This document shows, in pieces, positions 47,706-56,702 of a stretch of DNA of 64,000 bases; within the stretch, counting starts at the first letter, position 1; every line of letters starts with the position of its first letter. The notes below the pieces were generated by a model that was not told the DNA's origin, did no database searches, and saw only the letters and a list, made by a program, of their open reading frames with translations. Source of the DNA: Dehalococcoidia bacterium (lineage in GTDB: Bacteria > Chloroflexota > Dehalococcoidia > Lucifugimonadales > UBA3495); the NCBI GenBank assembly GCA_965217175.1, contig OZ244251.1:3346686-3410685 (forward strand), read 5' to 3'. The position numbers and the translations under genes were made by a program.

Positions 47706-47792
47706 CTTAATGCCGAGTCTTTTTTATGCGATGCTATATTGGACCCGTTGGAAGTGGTCGCCATTTAGCCCGCATCAGGTTGGAGATTTACG

Positions 47793-48575
47793 ATGATTGT
47801 CGATACACATGTTCACATCGGACGCAACCAATACGAACCGGTGGAAATGTTGCTGGCCCAAATGGAGCTGAACGGCGTGTCGAAAACGGTGTTAGTGCAA
47901 TCCACCGCCACCCTGGACAATTCGTATGTACTGGAATGCAAGCGTCGCTTCCCCGGACGGTTTTCGGTCGTATGCCGCGTTGACGTCGATAATCCTGCTG
48001 CCGGCGATACGTTGGAGAGTCTACACGCAGCTGGGGCAGAGACCCTGCGTATTCGCAATTTTCACCGCTCACCGGGAAATTACCCGCTTGCGATATGGCG
48101 GCGAGTTGCCGATTTGGGAATGTCCGTAAGCGTCGGGGGCTCGGCGGAGGGCTTCGCTTCCCCCGAGTTTGCCGAGTTGGTAGGGTCATTGCCAAACCTG
48201 ACCGTAATCATCGAACACCTGGCCGGTATGGGCATCTACGCCATTGGAGCCGATTCGATGCCCTCCGACGACGTGTTCCGCACGTCGTTGACGTTGTCCC
48301 GCTTCGACAATACCGCGATCAAGATTCACGGCATGGGTGAGATCAGCGACCCGCCGTTCCCCTATACTAATACGCCTCCGTACGTGCGCATGGCCTACGA
48401 TGCTTTCGGTCCGGACCGGATGGTTTGGGGCTCCGACTGGCCGCGCGTCACCAATCGGGAGGGCTACCGCAATTCTCTGGCCCACACGATGGAACAGGTG
48501 GGTTCCTGGTGCCCGGCCCAGGACATAACGAAAATCTTCGGTGAATCTGCCTTGCGATACTGGGAGTTCGAATAG
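47793..48575 (+). CDS. amidohydrolase-2 family protein
   Basis: MIVDTHVHIG metal-binding start, ...VIIEHLAGMG..., ...MVWGSDWPRV. GGAG RBS. Confidence 0.85.
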   Translation: MIVDTHVHIGRNQYEPVEMLLAQMELNGVSKTVLVQSTATLDNSYVLECKRRFPGRFSVVCRVDVDNPAAGDTLESLHAAGAETLRIRNFHRSPGNYPLAIWRRVADLGMSVSVGGSAEGFASPEFAELVGSLPNLTVIIEHLAGMGIYAIGADSMPSDDVFRTSLTLSRFDNTAIKIHGMGEISDPPFPYTNTPPYVRMAYDAFGPDRMVWGSDWPRVTNREGYRNSLAHTMEQVGSWCPAQDITKIFGESALRYWEFE

Positions 48576-48722
48576 GCACGACGAACATGGTTCCCGATTA
48601 TCGGGAAACCTGGCTTGAACAATGGAGCCACGATATTGCAATATGCGATAACGTCTGCAACACTTACTGCGTCCGGAAATAGGAAAATAAATTCCCAGTC
48701 CATTACAGGAGATTATGATCCA

Positions 48723-49967
48723 ATGAATCGCTATTTGAAATACGTCGCTGGCGCCGCAATTTTGTTGGTCGTGCTCGCCGCTCTGGCATGCACCCCGGAA
48801 GATGCCGCCATAACCGACCCTTCCGGTTCCACCGAACCCACGGTCGCCGTTACTGAAGCCGCCCAAATAGTAGAAGCAACGGCCACTGGCGCTTCCGGTG
48901 GCACCGAACCATCCGGCGCCGCCACCGGAGCAACCCAGGCGGGAGAAGCAACGGCCATTCCTGGCGGCAGCGAGGCCACCTCAGCCACCAACCAGGGCGA
49001 AAGCAGGCTTGCCATCGTTCAGGATCGTGGCACCGTGATTTGCGCCAGCAACAACGGGCTGGCGGGTTTCGGCTTTATTGATGGCGACGGCAACACCGTG
49101 GGCTTTGACATTGACCTGTGCCGTGCCGTGGCCGCCGCTGTTCTGGGCGACGCCAGCGCCGTAGAGTTCCGGCCCACCACCGCCTCCGAGCGGGGGCCGA
49201 CTATGCAGTCCGGAGAAGTGGATTTGATGTCCCGCAATACCACCTGGACCAGTTCACGCAACGCGCAGTGGGGCAACTTCGCGCCGACCATGTTTTACGA
49301 CGGTCAGGGCTTCATGGTTCCCAAGAGCCTGGGCCTCTCCGGAATGATGGAGCTGGGCGGCTCCAAGGTGTGCGTCCAACAAGGCACCACAACTGAACTG
49401 AACCTGCAGGACTTTATCGATCAGAACAGCCTGGATATCGATGTGGTGGTCTTCCCCGACAACGTCACCACCAGCGCCGCCTACATCGCAGGCCAATGCG
49501 ATGCCCTCACTACCGACCGTTCCGGACTGGTGAGCACGCGCGCCGGATTCGACAACCCCGACGACCACACCATCCTGGCCGGCACCATCTCCGAGGAGCC
49601 GCTGGGCCCAGTAGTGCCTCACGGCGATGAGCAGTGGTACGACCTGGTGAGCGCCGTAATGACCATCCTGATCTACGCCGAGGCTTACGGGATTACCGCC
49701 GACAGTGTGCCGACCGATGCTACCGGCAACTCCGCCGTTGACCGGCTGTTGGGACTGGCCGGTTCCTATGGCCAGGAGACAATGGGTCTCAGCGAGACTG
49801 CGGCGCAGGATGTCATCCGGGCCGTCGGCAACTATGGCGAGATCTACGACCGACATTTGACCCCATTGGGGTTGGAGCGGGAAGGCGGCCGCAACGCGCT
49901 GTGGGTCAGTGCCCCCTGCACGGATTGCCCCAAGGGCGGACAGGTGTACGCCGCGCCGCTGCGATAA
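48723..49967 (+). CDS. aapJ: amino-acid ABC transporter substrate-binding lipoprotein (general L-amino-acid AapJ/BztA-like)
   Basis: Signal peptide with lipobox-like ALAC and a long Thr/Ala/Gly/Glu tether. Then ...IVQDRGTVICASNNGLAGFGFIDGDGNTVGFDIDLCRAVAAAVLGD...MQSGEVDLMSRNTTWT. Start at MNRYLKYV (ATG 48723) with GGAGA RBS. Confidence 0.85.
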   Translation: MNRYLKYVAGAAILLVVLAALACTPEDAAITDPSGSTEPTVAVTEAAQIVEATATGASGGTEPSGAATGATQAGEATAIPGGSEATSATNQGESRLAIVQDRGTVICASNNGLAGFGFIDGDGNTVGFDIDLCRAVAAAVLGDASAVEFRPTTASERGPTMQSGEVDLMSRNTTWTSSRNAQWGNFAPTMFYDGQGFMVPKSLGLSGMMELGGSKVCVQQGTTTELNLQDFIDQNSLDIDVVVFPDNVTTSAAYIAGQCDALTTDRSGLVSTRAGFDNPDDHTILAGTISEEPLGPVVPHGDEQWYDLVSAVMTILIYAEAYGITADSVPTDATGNSAVDRLLGLAGSYGQETMGLSETAAQDVIRAVGNYGEIYDRHLTPLGLEREGGRNALWVSAPCTDCPKGGQVYAAPLR

Positions 49968-50004
49968 GTACGCGCACTTAGCCGGTATTCCCCTCAGTGG
50001 GCTA

Positions 50005-50033
50005 GTAGGGGCGGGTGTAACACCCGCCCCTAC
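50005..50033 (+). terminator. strong intercistronic stem-loop between the binding-protein and permease genes (attenuator or mRNA-stabilising hairpin)
   Basis: Perfect 13-bp GC-rich stem GTAGGGGCGGGTG-TAA-CACCCGCCCCTAC. No T-tract follows, so it is probably not a full terminator. Confidence 0.5.
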
Positions 50034-50175
50034 GACTGTTAATCAGCTGGCGAGCTTGACCAATTGGGGACATTCCCGGTTCAGATTCCGTTGCCGGCAA
50101 GCAAACGTCGTAGCGATGCGATAAAATCGCCGTGTCATTACCCCGATATACCCGACCGGTCTACTCGACATCGCT

Positions 50176-51375
50176 ATGAGCCAGCCACCGCGAGTTTTAA
50201 CCTACCAGGGCATTCCCTTCTGGCGCCACGCCCAAATCATTCGATGGGTAGCGCAGATGGTGTCCGGCATCGTAGTTCTTGGCCTGGTCGTCTGGTTCCT
50301 GGTCAACATAGGCAACGCCGTTCAGGAACGGGATATTCCCTCCGGTTTCAGCTTTCTGTCCCGGGAGTATCAAACCCCCATCGGGGATACCTTTATCCCC
50401 TACGAATCGTCCGATACCTTCCTCTACGCCTTTGGCGTTGCCGCCGTCAACACCGTGGTTGTCGCGGTGGCGGGCGTCATTCTGGCCACGCTGCTCGGCA
50501 TCGTCATTGGCGTCGCCCGATTGTCCGGCAACTGGATTGTCTCTCGGTTGGCGCTCATCTATGTAGAGTTTTTCCGCAATGTTCCACTGCTGGTGCAGCT
50601 GCTTTTCTGGCTCTTTTTTGTGCTGGCGTTACCGGTGGAACGCGAAAGTTACGTTATCGCTGGGAGGCTTTACATCAACAATGCCGGCATCTCCATACCC
50701 TGGCCGACGGCAACTGCGTTTTGGCCGGCGCTAGTTTGGTTGATGCTGACAGCAGCGGCCGTCATCGCCGGGGCATCAGCGTACCGACGCCTGACCCGTC
50801 GTGAAGTCGAAACGGGCCGGCCGTCATATCCCGTGTTGAGCGGCTGTGCGGTGGTGGCGCTGGTCGGCGTCGTAGCCTGGCTGGTTGTCGGCGTCGCATC
50901 CGGGGACGCGCCTTTCGTCATTTCGATGCCAGAGCCGCAGGGCCGGTTCGCCCGCGTTAGCGGGGGATTCACCGCCCGGGCTGGGTTCCTGGTGCTGCTG
51001 ATAGCTCTGGTGATGTATACCGCATCATTCATTGCCGAAATCGTGCGGGCCGGCATACAGTCGGTGGGGCGTGGTCAGGCGGAGGCGGCCCGCGCACTGG
51101 GTCTGCCGCCCATGGTTGCCCTGCGACAGGTCATTTTCCCGCAAGCCTTGCGCGTCATTATTCCGCCGTGGATTAGCCAGTGCCTCAACCTTACCAAAAA
51201 CAGCAGCCTGGGGTTGGCGGTGGGCTTTACCGAACTCACCAGCGTTGCCCAGACCATGACCCAGACTGCACCGGCAATCTCCATCTTTATGGTACTGATG
51301 GTGGCCTATCTGGCAATGAGCCTGACCTGGTCGCTGATCGGAAACCTGTATAACCGGCGCATCCGGTTCTCGTGA
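50176..51375 (+). CDS. aapQ: amino-acid ABC transporter permease (AapQ/BztB-like)
   Basis: 399-aa multi-TM permease with an EAA loop (GQAEAARALGLPPMVALRQVIFPQALRVIIPP). Large N-terminal extension typical of the AapQ type. Confidence 0.85.
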   Translation: MSQPPRVLTYQGIPFWRHAQIIRWVAQMVSGIVVLGLVVWFLVNIGNAVQERDIPSGFSFLSREYQTPIGDTFIPYESSDTFLYAFGVAAVNTVVVAVAGVILATLLGIVIGVARLSGNWIVSRLALIYVEFFRNVPLLVQLLFWLFFVLALPVERESYVIAGRLYINNAGISIPWPTATAFWPALVWLMLTAAAVIAGASAYRRLTRREVETGRPSYPVLSGCAVVALVGVVAWLVVGVASGDAPFVISMPEPQGRFARVSGGFTARAGFLVLLIALVMYTASFIAEIVRAGIQSVGRGQAEAARALGLPPMVALRQVIFPQALRVIIPPWISQCLNLTKNSSLGLAVGFTELTSVAQTMTQTAPAISIFMVLMVAYLAMSLTWSLIGNLYNRRIRFS

Positions 51376-51399
51376 GGACCGGTCATCCGAGGTTAGAAC

Positions 51400-52668
51400 G
51401 TGGCTGCCGAACCCAACGCCGCACCCCCATCTCCCGCGCCATCGGCGCTCGCATTGCCGCCGCCACGGATGAGCGTGGGCGCAGCCGGCTGGATTCGCGC
51501 CAATCTGTTCGGCAACTGGTTCGATAGCCTGCTCACTGTCGTATTCGGTGCGGCCCTGGCATTGGGCGCTTGGTACGGGTTGGGCTGGGTCTTCCTGGAT
51601 GCCGACTGGACGGTGGTGACCGAATTGGGCGGTCGGTTTGTCATCGGCCAGTACAATACCACCGAGGCCTGCCCCGGCAACAACTGTTTCTGGAGGCCAC
51701 AGATCGCGCTGATGCTGGTAACGGCGCTGCTGGGAATGGGATGGGTGGTCGCCGGCGGCGGGGTAGCCAAACGCATCGCAATCCTGGCGACGGCCGCGAT
51801 CGCATTGTTGGCATTCCTGCCCTACGGTCTGGACCGGATGGGGTGGGACGTGCGACTGCTGCTATTGGCGAACGTGCCAGCGTTGATAGCGGGATGGGGG
51901 TTGGCCCGCTATACACCGCTGGGCACATCGCGCTGGATCGTAATTCTGTCCGTGGCGTCATTCTTGATAACCCTGGTGCTGCTCCGCGGCCTGCCGGGAG
52001 TACCGGGCTTGCATCCGGTGTTGGTTCGCAACTGGGGCGGCCTGATGCTGAACCTGCTGCTGGCGATAGCCGGCATCGTACTCAGCTTCCCAATTGGCGT
52101 CGCGTTGGCACTGGGTCGGCGTAGCCACCTGCCGGTAGTGCAGGTACTGTGTGTAATTTTTATCGAAGTTTTCCGCGGCGTGCCGTTGATAACACTGCTG
52201 TTTATGTCGCAGACTCTGGTACCGTTGGCATTCCCGGAGGACTTCCCTCAAAATTCGCTGTTTCGCGCCGCGGTGGTCATCACATTGTTCAGCGCGGCTT
52301 ATATGGCGGAAAACATCCGCGGGGGCCTGCAAGCGATACACCCGGGCCAGGCAGAAGCGGCACGGGCGCTGGGACTTCCCAGCTGGCAGACCACAATGCT
52401 AATCTCCCTGCCACAAGCCATCCGCAACGTCATTCCTGCTATCGTGGGGCAGTTCATCGGTCTTTTCAAGGACACCAGCCTGGTCTATATCATCGGAATG
52501 CTGGACATTGTTGAAGTTAGCCGCGTGTTCATATCCGGCAACACCAAATACCTGAGCAACGCAGCGGAAGTTTTCCTCTTCGTCGCCCTGGTCTTCTGGA
52601 TTTTCACCTACGGGATGTCCTACGTGAGCGGGGCGGTTGAGAAGCATTTGGGCGTGGGTGTACAATGA
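51400..52668 (+). CDS. aapM: amino-acid ABC transporter permease (AapM/BztC-like)
   Basis: WIRANLFGNWFDSLLTV N-terminus and EAA loop GQAEAARALGLPSWQTTMLISLPQAIRNVIPA. GTG start at 51400 behind GAGGT. Confidence 0.85.
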   Translation: MAAEPNAAPPSPAPSALALPPPRMSVGAAGWIRANLFGNWFDSLLTVVFGAALALGAWYGLGWVFLDADWTVVTELGGRFVIGQYNTTEACPGNNCFWRPQIALMLVTALLGMGWVVAGGGVAKRIAILATAAIALLAFLPYGLDRMGWDVRLLLLANVPALIAGWGLARYTPLGTSRWIVILSVASFLITLVLLRGLPGVPGLHPVLVRNWGGLMLNLLLAIAGIVLSFPIGVALALGRRSHLPVVQVLCVIFIEVFRGVPLITLLFMSQTLVPLAFPEDFPQNSLFRAAVVITLFSAAYMAENIRGGLQAIHPGQAEAARALGLPSWQTTMLISLPQAIRNVIPAIVGQFIGLFKDTSLVYIIGMLDIVEVSRVFISGNTKYLSNAAEVFLFVALVFWIFTYGMSYVSGAVEKHLGVGVQ

Positions 52669-52719
52669 CGATGACGGGCATGGCTTCACCCTCCCCAGCG
52701 GTGATCGAGGAAACCTGAA

Positions 52720-53475
52720 ATGGCAGCGGAAATAACGCAACCGACTGACAACATCATCGTTTGCAACGACGTTCATAAGTGGTTTGGCAACTTCCACGCT
52801 TTGCGGGGCATTTCCACCACCGTCAAACGCGGCGAAGTCGTCGTCATCATTGGGCCTTCGGGTTCCGGCAAGTCCACTTTCATTCGCACTCTGAACCGGC
52901 TGGAGCAGCACCAGCGGGGCGAGATATTTGTTGACGGGATTGAGTTGTCCAACGACGTGCGCAACGTCGATGCCATTCGCCGGGACGTGGGGATGGTTTT
53001 CCAGTCCTTCAACCTGTTCCCGCATCTGACCGTGATGCGCAACATCACGCTGGCTCCCATCAAGGTGCGCAAGCTGCCGGCTCGAGAGGCAGAAGCCATC
53101 GCGATGGAATTGCTGGAGCGCGTGGGCATCCCGGAGCAGGCCGACAAATACCCGGCGCAGCTTTCGGGCGGTCAGCAGCAGCGGGTGGCCATCGCCCGGG
53201 CCCTGGCCATGCAACCCAACATCATGCTCTTCGACGAACCAACTTCGGCGCTGGACCCTGAGATGATCAAGGAAGTGCTCGAAGTAATGCACGAGTTGGC
53301 CGCGTCCCACATGACCATATTGGCGGTTACCCACGAACTTGGATTCGCCCGCGAGGTTGCCGACCGCATCGTTATGTTCGACGAGGGCCAGATTGTCGAA
53401 GACCAACCACCCGATGAATTTTTTAACAACCCGCGGCATGAACGGGTTAAGCATTTCCTTTCTCAGATCCTCTAA
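52720..53475 (+). CDS. aapP: amino-acid ABC transporter ATP-binding protein
   Basis: Walker A GPSGSGKST, Q-loop, signature LSGGQQQRVAIARAL, Walker B IMLFDEPTSALD, H-loop VTHE. GAGGAA RBS. Confidence 0.92.
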   Translation: MAAEITQPTDNIIVCNDVHKWFGNFHALRGISTTVKRGEVVVIIGPSGSGKSTFIRTLNRLEQHQRGEIFVDGIELSNDVRNVDAIRRDVGMVFQSFNLFPHLTVMRNITLAPIKVRKLPAREAEAIAMELLERVGIPEQADKYPAQLSGGQQQRVAIARALAMQPNIMLFDEPTSALDPEMIKEVLEVMHELAASHMTILAVTHELGFAREVADRIVMFDEGQIVEDQPPDEFFNNPRHERVKHFLSQIL

Positions 53476-53777
53476 CCTGAACACAATGTATCAGCATAGG
53501 TTGAGCATCAGGGTCACCAAATCCATCGTTTTAGTGAACGGCCATGATCGGAATTAGCCGGATCGGCAAATGGATTTGGGCCAGCGCCGATTCTCGTTCA
53601 GCCAGGGCTCGCGAGCGCAGGTTGCCAGTGTGGGAATATTTGTGGTTCACGCGGGTGTACCGGATCTGCATTGTGTTGGGATGGTGCGCTGTCGTAGCCT
53701 TTTTCCTGATCTGGAATCTGGTTTGGGCCACATCCTGATACCGGCGCGAATTCCGCCGCATCCCAGGCTCCCCTGAA

Positions 53778-53806
53778 TTGCCGCCCCCCTGAGGGCACTG
53801 TACAAT
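53778..53806 (+). promoter_or_regulatory. candidate sigma70-type promoter
   Basis: TTGCCG (53778-53783), 17-nt spacer, TACAAT (53801-53806), about 40 nt upstream of ATG 53848. Pattern match only. Confidence 0.3.
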
Positions 53807-53847
53807 CGCATCCAAATCATTCATCCCCAGGCGCTTGGAGGATTGGT

Positions 53848-54756
53848 ATGCCGGACCAACAAATGCAGATTGGCGTTGTGTTTCCCCAGACTGAGATAGG
53901 AGCCGACCCAATTGCCGTACGGGATTACGTGCAGGCGGCCGAGCAACTTGGATTCGCTCACATCATTGCCTATGACCATGTTCTGGGAGCCGATACCGCT
54001 TACCATCAGCCGTGGGCGGGCAGCTACACGAAAGACAGCATGTTTCACGAAATCTTCGTTGCTTTCGGATACATGGCTGCACTCACCACCAAAGTAGAGC
54101 TCGTTTCGGCGATCCTTATCCTGGGCCAAAGGCAAACCGCTCTCGTCGCCAAGCAGGCTGCCGAGGTCGATATATTGAGCGGAGGGCGATTAAGGTTGGG
54201 CATCGGCGTAGGTTGGAACCACGTTGAGTACGAGGCGTTGGGCGAAGATTTTTCGACGCGAGGACGGAGAGCCGAGGAACAGATTGAATTGCTGCGTCGG
54301 CTCTGGACCGAAGAAGTCGTCGATTATCACGGCAAATACCACAACATTACTAACGCCGGGATCAACCCCCCTCCCGTGCAACGGCCAATCCCAATCTGGA
54401 TGGGAGCTGGCAGCCGTGGGCGCGGACCGATCCCGCCCGACCGTGTGCTCAGCAGAGTGGGACGGTGTGCTGATGGCTGGTTCCCGCAATTTCAGTGCGA
54501 CGACCCCATGGCGGCTGCCACCATCGCGAGAGTCCGCCAGGCTGCGGCGGACGCCGGCCGAGACCCGGACGCCCTGGGCATGGAACCCCGGGTCAACTAC
54601 TCGGACGGTGATCCCGAGTATTGGCAGGCCACCGCTGAAACGTGGCGTGGGCTGGGCGCCACCCACTTCTCGGTGAACACCATGTCGGCCAACTTGAATA
54701 CTCCCGATGCCCACATCAACGCGATCCGAGAGTTCAGGGAAGTCATCAACGGGTAG
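53848..54756 (+). CDS. LLM-class oxidoreductase, probably F420-dependent (Rv2161c-like subfamily)
   Basis: QIGVVFPQTEIGADPIAVRDYVQAAEQLGFAHIIAYDHVLGAD...ILGQRQTALVAKQAAEVDILSGGRLRLGIGVGWN..EYEALGEDFSTRGRR.EEQIELLRRLW resembles the F420-dependent LLM subfamily as I remember it. The subfamily and cofactor assignment are inferred. Confidence 0.8.
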   Translation: MPDQQMQIGVVFPQTEIGADPIAVRDYVQAAEQLGFAHIIAYDHVLGADTAYHQPWAGSYTKDSMFHEIFVAFGYMAALTTKVELVSAILILGQRQTALVAKQAAEVDILSGGRLRLGIGVGWNHVEYEALGEDFSTRGRRAEEQIELLRRLWTEEVVDYHGKYHNITNAGINPPPVQRPIPIWMGAGSRGRGPIPPDRVLSRVGRCADGWFPQFQCDDPMAAATIARVRQAAADAGRDPDALGMEPRVNYSDGDPEYWQATAETWRGLGATHFSVNTMSANLNTPDAHINAIREFREVING

Positions 54757-54857
54757 CGAGTCCTGTTAGCGCCGACACGTCGGACCGACATGTTGGTTGA
54801 TCGGTCGGCGCGTCGCTAACCATCATTTGCAGGAGACGACTACAGGAGGCGACAATC

Positions 54858-55619
54858 ATGGGCAGACTGGATGGCAAGGTGGCTTTGATTAGTGGCGGCG
54901 CGCGGGGCCAGGGAGCGGCCGAAGCCAGGATGTTCGCCTCCGAGGGGGCGTGCGTGGTATTCGGCGATATTCTGGACGATGAAGGGCGCAGAGTAGAGGC
55001 AGAAATACTCGAGTTGGGCGGCCAGGCCACCTACGTCCATCTGGATGTCACCCAGGAGGCAGACTGGGCGGCGGCCGTCAACCGGGCAGTTTCAGAATAC
55101 GGCAAGCTGGATGTTCTGGTGAATAACGCCGGTATAGTTCTGGGTCGCAGCATCGAAGAGATGACGGTCGAAGAGTGGGACCGCTTATTCGACGTCAACG
55201 CAAAAAGCGTATTTCTGGGTACCAGGGCTTCCCTGGGCGCAATGCGCGACGCTGGCGGTGGCAGCATCGTCAATATCTCATCCACCGCCGGTTTGGTCGG
55301 AAACGACTACAACCTGGCCGGATACAGCAGCACCAAGGGCGCGGTACGCCTGTTCACCAAATCCACGGCGATTCAGCACGCCCGGGATGGCATCCGGTGC
55401 AACTCGGTGCACCCGGGCCCGATTGACACTCCTATGCTGGCGGAATCTCGTCGGGGTCGTGGCGCGTTAACCGATGAACAGCAACGCCAACGCACGCCCC
55501 TGGGACGAATTGGTCAACCGGAAGATATCGCCTTTGCGGTCATCTACCTGGCGTCCGACGAATCCTCGTTCGTAACCGGTAGCGAGGTGGTGGTCGACGG
55601 GGGACGCACTGCGATGTGA
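54858..55619 (+). CDS. SDR-family oxidoreductase (3-alpha/20-beta-hydroxysteroid dehydrogenase-like)
   Basis: KVALISGGARGQGAAEA (TGxxxGxG-type), NNAGI, catalytic S...YSSTKGA, PGPIDTPM. AGGAGG RBS. Confidence 0.9.
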   Translation: MGRLDGKVALISGGARGQGAAEARMFASEGACVVFGDILDDEGRRVEAEILELGGQATYVHLDVTQEADWAAAVNRAVSEYGKLDVLVNNAGIVLGRSIEEMTVEEWDRLFDVNAKSVFLGTRASLGAMRDAGGGSIVNISSTAGLVGNDYNLAGYSSTKGAVRLFTKSTAIQHARDGIRCNSVHPGPIDTPMLAESRRGRGALTDEQQRQRTPLGRIGQPEDIAFAVIYLASDESSFVTGSEVVVDGGRTAM

Positions 55620-55684
55620 GATCGAGCAATCCGATATGCCCCGCGACCTGGCCGTCTACACGGGCTGGACCGGTTGAACCGCAA

Positions 55685-55709
55685 AGAGGGACGCTTGGTG
55701 CGTCCCTCT
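55685..55709 (-). terminator. hairpin downstream of tRNA-Pro; may also terminate the convergent SDR gene
   Basis: Perfect 10-bp stem AGAGGGACGC-TTGGT-GCGTCCCTCT. On the minus strand it is followed by TTTGCGG. Confidence 0.5.
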
Positions 55710-55728
55710 CAACTTGGGAAATATGAAA

Positions 55729-55805
55729 TGGTCGGGGCGGCCAGATTCGAACTGGCGACCCCCTGCACCCCATGCAGGTGCGCTACCGGGCTGCGCTACG
55801 CCCCG
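55729..55805 (-). tRNA. tRNA-Pro (anticodon GGG), CCA encoded
   Basis: The minus-strand sequence CGGGGCG-TA-GCGC-AGCCCGGTA-GCGC-A-CCTGC-ATGGGGT-GCAGG-GGGTC-GCCAG-TTCGAAT-CTGGC-CGCCCCG-A-CCA folds by hand into a full 77-nt cloverleaf. U33, GGG at 34-36 and G37 are in place. Confidence 0.92.
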
Positions 55806-56022
55806 TCCCGACTCTTCCAAGATAGCATACGGTATTTTGGGGCGCAACTTACGGCTGCCGTGGTCGTGTAGATAAGCAGCTCTCGTGATATCCTGAGGCG
55901 AGACTAAATTTCCCGAAAGGATAGACCGTCGGTCGCGATTTCCCGTTAAATATATCCGGAAACTCAACCACCAGGCGGGATCGACAGCCCGCTTCGTGCC
56001 CCGCCCGCCCATCTTTCTGACC

Positions 56023-56697
56023 ATGACCCAGGACTGTTACAGCATTCTAGGGATCCAACGCACCGCGACGGTTGACGAGATTCGCCTGGCTTACCGCAGG
56101 CTCGTTCGCCTTTACCACCCAGACCTCAATTCCGGTCCGGAAGCAGAATCGCGAATGCAGCAGATAAACGAAGCTTACAGCACCCTGTCCGACCCGCAGC
56201 GTCGCCGGCAATACGATCTGGGGAGCCTGGGCGTCGGGACGGCGGCGCGGCGCTACTCCCGCGGATCAGTCAATCGGACGCGCCAACGTGCTGCCAGAGG
56301 CGGTGGCGATTCCCCCGATGCTCGAGCCGGTGAAGATTTGAAGGTTTCCGTTTTCATAAATCCCCGGGAAGCACGCCTGGGAACCCGCAAGTCGTTTCGG
56401 ATCGAACGGCTGGAAGTCTGTCCCAGATGTCGGGGAACCGGGACCGAACCCGAAGAAACGCTTACCGCGGGGGCCTGCTGGCGGTGCGCCGGCAAGCAAC
56501 GTCTCCCCAGAGAACTGCGATTGCAGGCGACCATACCGGCAGGCGTTAGCGACGGCGCCCGGTTTAGGCTGCGAGGACAGGGATGCGCTGGAATTAACGG
56601 CGGCCCTCACGGTCATGTGTACATCACGGCCCGCCTGTCGAAATCCTCGAGCATCGTTCAGGCATTCACCTTTCTGATGCGTCACCTGTTTTATTAA
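56023..56697 (+). CDS. J-domain protein (short DnaJ-like: J domain, one CxxCxGxG zinc-finger unit, partial C-terminal domain)
   Basis: CYSILGIQRTATVDEIRLAYRRLVRLYHPDLN (HPD motif), CPRCRGTG...CWRCAG, ...GGPHGHVYITARL. Start at ATG 56023. Confidence 0.8.
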   Translation: MTQDCYSILGIQRTATVDEIRLAYRRLVRLYHPDLNSGPEAESRMQQINEAYSTLSDPQRRRQYDLGSLGVGTAARRYSRGSVNRTRQRAARGGGDSPDARAGEDLKVSVFINPREARLGTRKSFRIERLEVCPRCRGTGTEPEETLTAGACWRCAGKQRLPRELRLQATIPAGVSDGARFRLRGQGCAGINGGPHGHVYITARLSKSSSIVQAFTFLMRHLFY

Positions 56698-56702
56698 ACA
56701 AC

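Noticed and set aside
53544-53738. 64-aa ORF with a C-terminal hydrophobic segment in the aapP / LLM intergenic region
   Set aside because: It has no RBS and no recognisable family. An overlapping antisense ORF is of similar quality, so I cannot support it from sequence alone.
55620-56022. Genomic-island insertion at tRNA-Pro
   Set aside because: There is no integrase, no direct repeat of the tRNA 3' end and no compositional break that I can see. The flanking genes look like ordinary chromosome.
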